Shown here one piece after another: positions 39,046-43,178 of a stretch of 43,178 nucleotides of DNA (its first letter is position 1; each line of letters begins with the position of its first letter). The notes under the pieces were generated by a model. The model did not search any database and was not told the DNA's origin. It saw only the letters and a list, made by a program, of their open reading frames with translations. This DNA comes from Nitrospira sp. (lineage in GTDB: Bacteria; Nitrospirota; Nitrospiria; Nitrospirales; Nitrospiraceae): positions 1 through 43,178 of the forward strand of contig VFKF01000146.1 in the NCBI GenBank assembly GCA_009885705.1, in the 5' to 3' direction. A program made the translations under genes and the position numbers.

Positions 39046-39951
39046 ATGAGCAAGGAACGCATTAAGATTTCTGAAGACCTGTACGACATCATGCCGTCCG
39101 ATTATCAAGACCTAGTCAAAAGCGCGACCTACGGCAAAGAAGACCGAGGCTGGAAGGACATCGGCAATAGCAAGGAACTGATCGAGCAGCATTCACTTTG
39201 CGCTGGCTGCCCTGAATCCATGGCCTTCCGCTACATCCTAGCCTCCTTGCCTAACCCCGAAGACACCGTCATGGTCGGCTCCACCGGCTGTACCAGCTTG
39301 GTGTTCCCCATGGTAGCCGTGCACAACATCCACTCCCTCTTCGGCAACCAGAACGCCATCGCCTCCGGCTTGAAGCGCGCCCTCAGTGTTCGTTTCCCCG
39401 GCCGGACGAAAGACGTGGTTGTGCTGGCAGGTGACGGCGCCACCGTCGACATCGGCCTCGATATGACCTTGCAAGCCTGGTTCCGCCAAGAGAAGTTCAC
39501 CACAATCTGCTTCGACAACGAACTGTACGCCAACACGGGCGGCCAGGAGAGCGGTCTGATGCAGAAGGGCTTCGTCGCTAAGATGGCCCCGGTCGGAAAG
39601 CTTTTCGATAAGGTCCGCCTCCCTGAAATCGCCCGTGAATCAGGCTGCCATTACGTGGTGCAATGCACCGTCAGCAAGCCCTCCCTCATTGAGAAGGTGG
39701 TCCGGAACGCGGTTATGATCTCGCGCGAAATCGGCCCGACCTACCTCCAGCTCTATACGCCATGCATACTCGAAATCGGGAAGAACAGCATGGAAGGGCT
39801 CCAGGAAATGCGGGATTCCGAAAAGCCGACCGAGCGGTTCGCCTATAAAGAGTACGTCAGTGAGCCGGCCAAGCAACTCCTGGCAGAGATGGCCGCCAAA
39901 GACAAGGAAAAGAAGGCCGCAGCCAAGCAGCTGGCCTCGCAGGGAGCCTAA
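39046..39951 (+). CDS. 2-oxoacid:ferredoxin oxidoreductase, beta subunit (TPP-binding)
   Basis: 301 aa with CAGCPE, GSTGCTS and the TPP motif VLAGDGATVDIGLDMT...FDNELYANTGGQ. Confidence 0.9.
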   Translation: MSKERIKISEDLYDIMPSDYQDLVKSATYGKEDRGWKDIGNSKELIEQHSLCAGCPESMAFRYILASLPNPEDTVMVGSTGCTSLVFPMVAVHNIHSLFGNQNAIASGLKRALSVRFPGRTKDVVVLAGDGATVDIGLDMTLQAWFRQEKFTTICFDNELYANTGGQESGLMQKGFVAKMAPVGKLFDKVRLPEIARESGCHYVVQCTVSKPSLIEKVVRNAVMISREIGPTYLQLYTPCILEIGKNSMEGLQEMRDSEKPTERFAYKEYVSEPAKQLLAEMAAKDKEKKAAAKQLASQGA

Positions 39952-39975
39952 TCCGATTCTGGAGGAGAGACGAGC

Positions 39976-40683
39976 ATGATCAAGAAACGACTAAATATCC
40001 GGATGTCGGGATTGGGCGGACAGGGCGCGGTCACTGCCGCGCATGTCCTGGCCATGGCCGCCAACCGCGACGGCAAGTTTTCGATCTCCAATCCCTTCTT
40101 CGGCGCCGAGAAGCGTATGGCGCCAGCCGAAAGTTATTGCCGGATCGGCATTGAACGAATCTATGACCGTGGCGAATTGGTATTCCCAGACGTCATCCAG
40201 GTCTTTCACCCCCAGGTCATTACCATGGGGAAAAGCTACACCATGCCCTTCTACTCAGGCGTGAAGGAAGGCGGCCTGGTCGTCATCAACTCCGACCAGG
40301 AGCTGCTGTCGGCCGATGACATTGAACGTCTCAAGGATCTCAATGTGAAGGTATTTTACATTGCAGGAACCGAGCTTGCGATCGAAGTGGCCGGCACTGA
40401 GCTCTCCACGAATATGTCGATGATCGGTTCGGTCGCTGGCATTACCAAGTGCGTCTCGATGGAAGCGCTGGACGGTGCCTTGCAGGAACGGTTCGGCAAG
40501 AAGTTCGTCGCATCCGGTGGAACCGCCTCTCTGGACGAAGCGATCAAGAAGAAGTTTGCCAAGAAGGAAATGTTGCTGGCCAAGAACCTCGCAACCGTGC
40601 AGGCAGCCTATGTCATCGCCAGTAAATGGGCCGAGGACAATCAGTATGAGCTGCGAGTCGGCAATCCTGCCGTCGCTGCTTAA
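39976..40683 (+). CDS. 2-oxoacid:ferredoxin oxidoreductase, gamma subunit
   Basis: 235 aa with RMSGLGGQGAVTAAHVLA, typical of the POR/OFOR gamma domain. Confidence 0.88.
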   Translation: MIKKRLNIRMSGLGGQGAVTAAHVLAMAANRDGKFSISNPFFGAEKRMAPAESYCRIGIERIYDRGELVFPDVIQVFHPQVITMGKSYTMPFYSGVKEGGLVVINSDQELLSADDIERLKDLNVKVFYIAGTELAIEVAGTELSTNMSMIGSVAGITKCVSMEALDGALQERFGKKFVASGGTASLDEAIKKKFAKKEMLLAKNLATVQAAYVIASKWAEDNQYELRVGNPAVAA

Positions 40684-40706
40684 CGAGAGAGAAGGAATCA
40701 GCTCGC

Positions 40707-40985
40707 ATGTATAACGTAGCGCAAGTCATCGATGAGAAGTGCGTGGCCAAGAAGGGTTGCCGCCTGTGCATCATGTATTGTCCGGAAGCCAACTGTCTTG
40801 ATCTCAATTCAAGCAAGATGGTGGCCGAAGTCATCATCGACCGCTGCAAGGGCTGTGAGCTCTGCGTGATCGTCTGCGACGCGGCCAAACATAATGCCAT
40901 CAGCATGCAGGCCGTCAGCGCCACCGGGCAGCTGATGTCCAATAAAGGTGAGTCGGCGGCTCTTGGGCAAGCCTACCAAGGCTAA
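40707..40985 (+). CDS. 2-oxoacid:ferredoxin oxidoreductase, delta subunit (2x[4Fe-4S] ferredoxin)
   Basis: 92 aa with two Cys clusters: C12-x5-C18-x2-C21-x3-C25-P and C47-x2-C50-x2-C53-x3-C57. Confidence 0.85.
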   Translation: MYNVAQVIDEKCVAKKGCRLCIMYCPEANCLDLNSSKMVAEVIIDRCKGCELCVIVCDAAKHNAISMQAVSATGQLMSNKGESAALGQAYQG

Positions 40986-41016
40986 CCGTTTTTTGTAGCG
41001 GGTCTCCCGCGCAAGA

Positions 41017-41046
41017 CCCCATGGCGCCTGCGCTATGGGGTTTTTT
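41017..41046 (+). terminator. Intrinsic terminator after the oxidoreductase cluster
   Basis: CCCCATGGCG-CCT-GCGCTATGGGG is followed by TTTTTT, about 30 nt after the delta subunit stop. Confidence 0.8.
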
Positions 41047-41072
41047 GTTGGTGCCGCTCTAAGGGAGAACAG

Positions 41073-41342
41073 ATGGAAACAGAAGATAATGTCATCGATG
41101 AGCTCATTCGAGAGATCTCTGGTCTCATTCACGAATACCCGAAAGTACTCGAACGGCGGGCAGCCGACATTCACGCCAGCGGGAAGGATCCTGATTTAGC
41201 ACAGACACTCATCAAGGCCGCCGATACCATGCGAGATAGCGGAAACCTCTATCTCACCTGGGCCATTCACTACGCATCCGTTGCGGCAGGCCGGACCGAT
41301 GCGACATCAAATGAAGATGAAACTGAGGATTTTGACGTGTAG
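41073..41342 (+). CDS. Small acidic hypothetical protein
   Basis: 89 aa preceded by Shine-Dalgarno AAGGGAGAA 3 nt upstream. It has acidic termini (METEDNVIDE..., ...NEDETEDFDV) and no motif I recognise. Confidence 0.5.
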   Translation: METEDNVIDELIREISGLIHEYPKVLERRAADIHASGKDPDLAQTLIKAADTMRDSGNLYLTWAIHYASVAAGRTDATSNEDETEDFDV

Positions 41343-41441
41343 CCGACAGCACACAATCGATCAATTGTTCTGATAGAAAAAAATCTCCCCCCAACAGAAA
41401 TCTTTTGCTAGAATACGCAGCCCGATGACGGACTGTCTCGT

Positions 41442-41516
41442 TCCCCGGTAGCTCAGTGGTAGAGCAGCCGGCTGTTAACCGGCTGGTCGCAGGTTCGACT
41501 CCTGCCCGGGGAGCCA
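41442..41516 (+). tRNA. tRNA-Asn (GUU)
   Basis: TCCCCGGTAGCTCAGTGGTAGAGCAGCCGGCTGTTAACCGGCTGGTCGCAGGTTCGACTCCTGCCCGGGGAGCCA. It folds as a cloverleaf with anticodon loop CUGUUAA, T-loop GGTTCGACTCC and an encoded CCA. Confidence 0.95.
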
Positions 41517-41524
41517 CAATCTCA

Positions 41525-41553
41525 AGGCCTTCGAGACCTCTCTCGAAGGCCTT
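41525..41553 (+). terminator. Hairpin terminator after tRNA-Asn
   Basis: AGGCCTTCGAGA-CCTC-TCTCGAAGGCCT is a 12-bp stem followed by TTGTCGTCTTC, a weak T-tract. Confidence 0.55.
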
Positions 41554-41636
41554 TGTCGTCTTCGGTCGGACTGATGCGATTTTTAGCTTACCCTGTCCCG
41601 GCAATTCATACTGCAGAGCAACTTGGACTTTCATCG

Positions 41637-42668
41637 ATGATGGCCACCATGGAGACTGACTGGCGAATATTCACACCGGCAGCGCTCCTCCACAATTCCT
41701 ATCTCATGACGGTTTTGCCTGGTTACTGGTCTCGCCGAGCGCTTCTTACCGGAATACCTTCTGAGTCGCGACTCTTCACCACCGAACCTCAGACACAAGT
41801 ACTCGGATTCTGCCACTGGCAGACAGTCAGAACCAATTGCCAGACCATCGTACTCGTGCATGGACTCGAAGGCAGCAGCGAGTCGCACTATATGCATGGG
41901 ATTGCCGCAAAAGCCTATCATGCAGGCTTCAATGTCATCCGCATGAACCAACGAACATGTGGCGGGACCGAACACCTCACGCCGACGCTCTACAACAGCG
42001 GCTTGAGCCAGGACTTTCGAGCCGTCGTTCATGAATTGGCGCACGTGGATGGACTCGATCGCATCTGGCTTGTCGGCTATTCGATGGGAGGAAATCTCGT
42101 CCTCAAAGCAGCCGGAGAATTCGGCTCGTCGGAAACAGCGTTGGCCGGAGCGATCGCCGTGTGCCCGAATATCGATCCAGCGCAATGTGCCAAGGCGTTG
42201 GAAGAGCCAAGAAACTGGATCTACCACTACCACTTCTTGACCAAACTCAAATCGCGCATGAGGCGCAAAGCCTTGCTTTTCCCAGGGAAATGGAACCTCT
42301 CCGGACTCGATCGCATCCGTACCATCAGCGACTTCGACGACCGTTACACCGCCCAAGACGGAGGCTATGCGAGCGGCGCCGACTATTACAATCTGGCCGG
42401 CTCACAGCACGTATTAGGAAAGATCGCCGTGCCAACCATCATCGTCACGGCACAAGACGATCCGTTTATTCCCTACTCGATGTTTTCGCTCCCGGCCATC
42501 CATCAAAACCAGCACATTCAACTGGCTGCACCCTACTATGGAGGCCATTGCGGATTCATTCAGCAATACCGGCAGGATGAAGACCGATTCTGGGCAGAAA
42601 ATAGAATTATCGAATCGATAGGACTGTCCGGAGCAGAAACGACCCGGCTGCCTCGTCCAACGAGGTAG
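41637..42668 (+). CDS. Alpha/beta-fold hydrolase (YheT/COG0429-like)
   Basis: HGLEGSS, the nucleophile elbow GYSMGGN and a C-terminal DDPFIP...GGHCGF. The ORF-track start at 41553 lies inside the tRNA terminator hairpin, so I use the ATG at 41637. The start is uncertain. Confidence 0.8.
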   Translation: MMATMETDWRIFTPAALLHNSYLMTVLPGYWSRRALLTGIPSESRLFTTEPQTQVLGFCHWQTVRTNCQTIVLVHGLEGSSESHYMHGIAAKAYHAGFNVIRMNQRTCGGTEHLTPTLYNSGLSQDFRAVVHELAHVDGLDRIWLVGYSMGGNLVLKAAGEFGSSETALAGAIAVCPNIDPAQCAKALEEPRNWIYHYHFLTKLKSRMRRKALLFPGKWNLSGLDRIRTISDFDDRYTAQDGGYASGADYYNLAGSQHVLGKIAVPTIIVTAQDDPFIPYSMFSLPAIHQNQHIQLAAPYYGGHCGFIQQYRQDEDRFWAENRIIESIGLSGAETTRLPRPTR

Positions 42669-42687
42669 CCGGCACAGTGAGGAGACG

Positions 42688-43149
42688 CTAGGCGGCTTGT
42701 TTCCTCAGTCGGCGGGACTCCTGCTCAGCCACCTGATGTGCGCACTTCCTGACCCACGTCACAATGAGCCAGACACTGGTCGCGACAATGCCGGCGATAA
42801 ACATCCAGTTATAGATCCCTTTACCTGACTTGCTAAGAAACGGGTCACAGACGTAGAGCACTACACCATAGGCCATCGACACAATTGCGAGGGTCGTCAC
42901 CGGCAGAATTAATGCCCGGTAGGGCATGAGCCACTTCCACTCATCCGGTGGCTCCGCAGTCAATTGACGGGCTCCGAGCCAGGCAATCACCAGCACACCG
43001 CCATACCCGACAAATTGCACCAGGTCTGAGGCTCGTAGTTTCCCCACGGTGGTCTCACGAAACAGCGGGAGATGCCCAAGGATCACGGCGAACAACAACG
43101 TCAGCGCCATCGCCACTCCATATTCCATCATCCATTTGCGTGCCTTCAT
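42688..43149 (-). CDS. Hypothetical integral membrane protein
   Basis: About 4 transmembrane segments. I prefer the ATG at 43149 (MKARKWMM...) because GGGAGG lies 5 nt upstream. The ORF track starts at 43173. Confidence 0.6.
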   Translation of the reverse strand: MKARKWMMEYGVAMALTLLFAVILGHLPLFRETTVGKLRASDLVQFVGYGGVLVIAWLGARQLTAEPPDEWKWLMPYRALILPVTTLAIVSMAYGVVLYVCDPFLSKSGKGIYNWMFIAGIVATSVWLIVTWVRKCAHQVAEQESRRLRKQAA

Positions 43150-43178
43150 GCTGTCCTCCCTCGATTCGATCACTCCCC

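Noticed and set aside
41553-41636. An upstream start at 41553 for the alpha/beta hydrolase.
   Set aside because: It would begin inside the tRNA-Asn terminator hairpin, and the added residues (MSSSVGLMRFLAYPVPAIHT...) do not look like part of the hydrolase fold.

Overview
This 43.2 kb window looks like an ordinary core-chromosome segment, about 55-60% GC by eye. The gene content suggests a Nitrospirota-like, rTCA-type autotroph, but that lineage call is only an inference. I found no transposase, integrase, phage genes, CRISPR array or recognisable defence cassette.

The minus strand carries long co-directional housekeeping strings:
- mreB and an RDD protein.
- queA, SpoIID-like, DUF2905, asd, NHL, leuB, cupin and leuA, then pssA, psd, ilvC, ilvN and ilvB.
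- rnpB and an M48 peptidase.
- a COG1579 zinc-ribbon protein, tRNA(CAU), rpoD and dnaG.
- HIT, hisIE, hisF, hisA, a lipoprotein, hisH, hisB, hisD, hisG, murA, prmC, prfA, rpmE and rho.

The plus strand carries DUF2203, YciI and a TPR protein, then a five-gene 2-oxoacid:ferredoxin oxidoreductase cluster, tRNA-Asn and an alpha/beta hydrolase.

I read several features directly from the DNA that the ORF track cannot show:
- a partial mreB at the left edge;
- a complete bacterial type-A RNase P RNA;
- two tRNAs;
- a canonical Leu (CUC) T-box leader in front of leuA;
- a 127-bp palindromic element wedged between that T-box and the leuA ribosome-binding site;
- an RNase HIII-like gene broken by two compensating frameshifts plus an in-frame TGA;
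- an intrinsic terminator inside the his gene string;
- a perfect-consensus sigma-70 promoter with a roughly 210-nt leader in front of the oxidoreductase cluster.

I cannot point to a convincing new multi-gene system. The most unusual items are regulatory or RNA-level (T-box plus palindrome), the five-subunit oxidoreductase cluster and the decayed rnhC. All product calls rest on my recognition of protein motifs, with no database search. RNA ends are approximate to about 5 nt.
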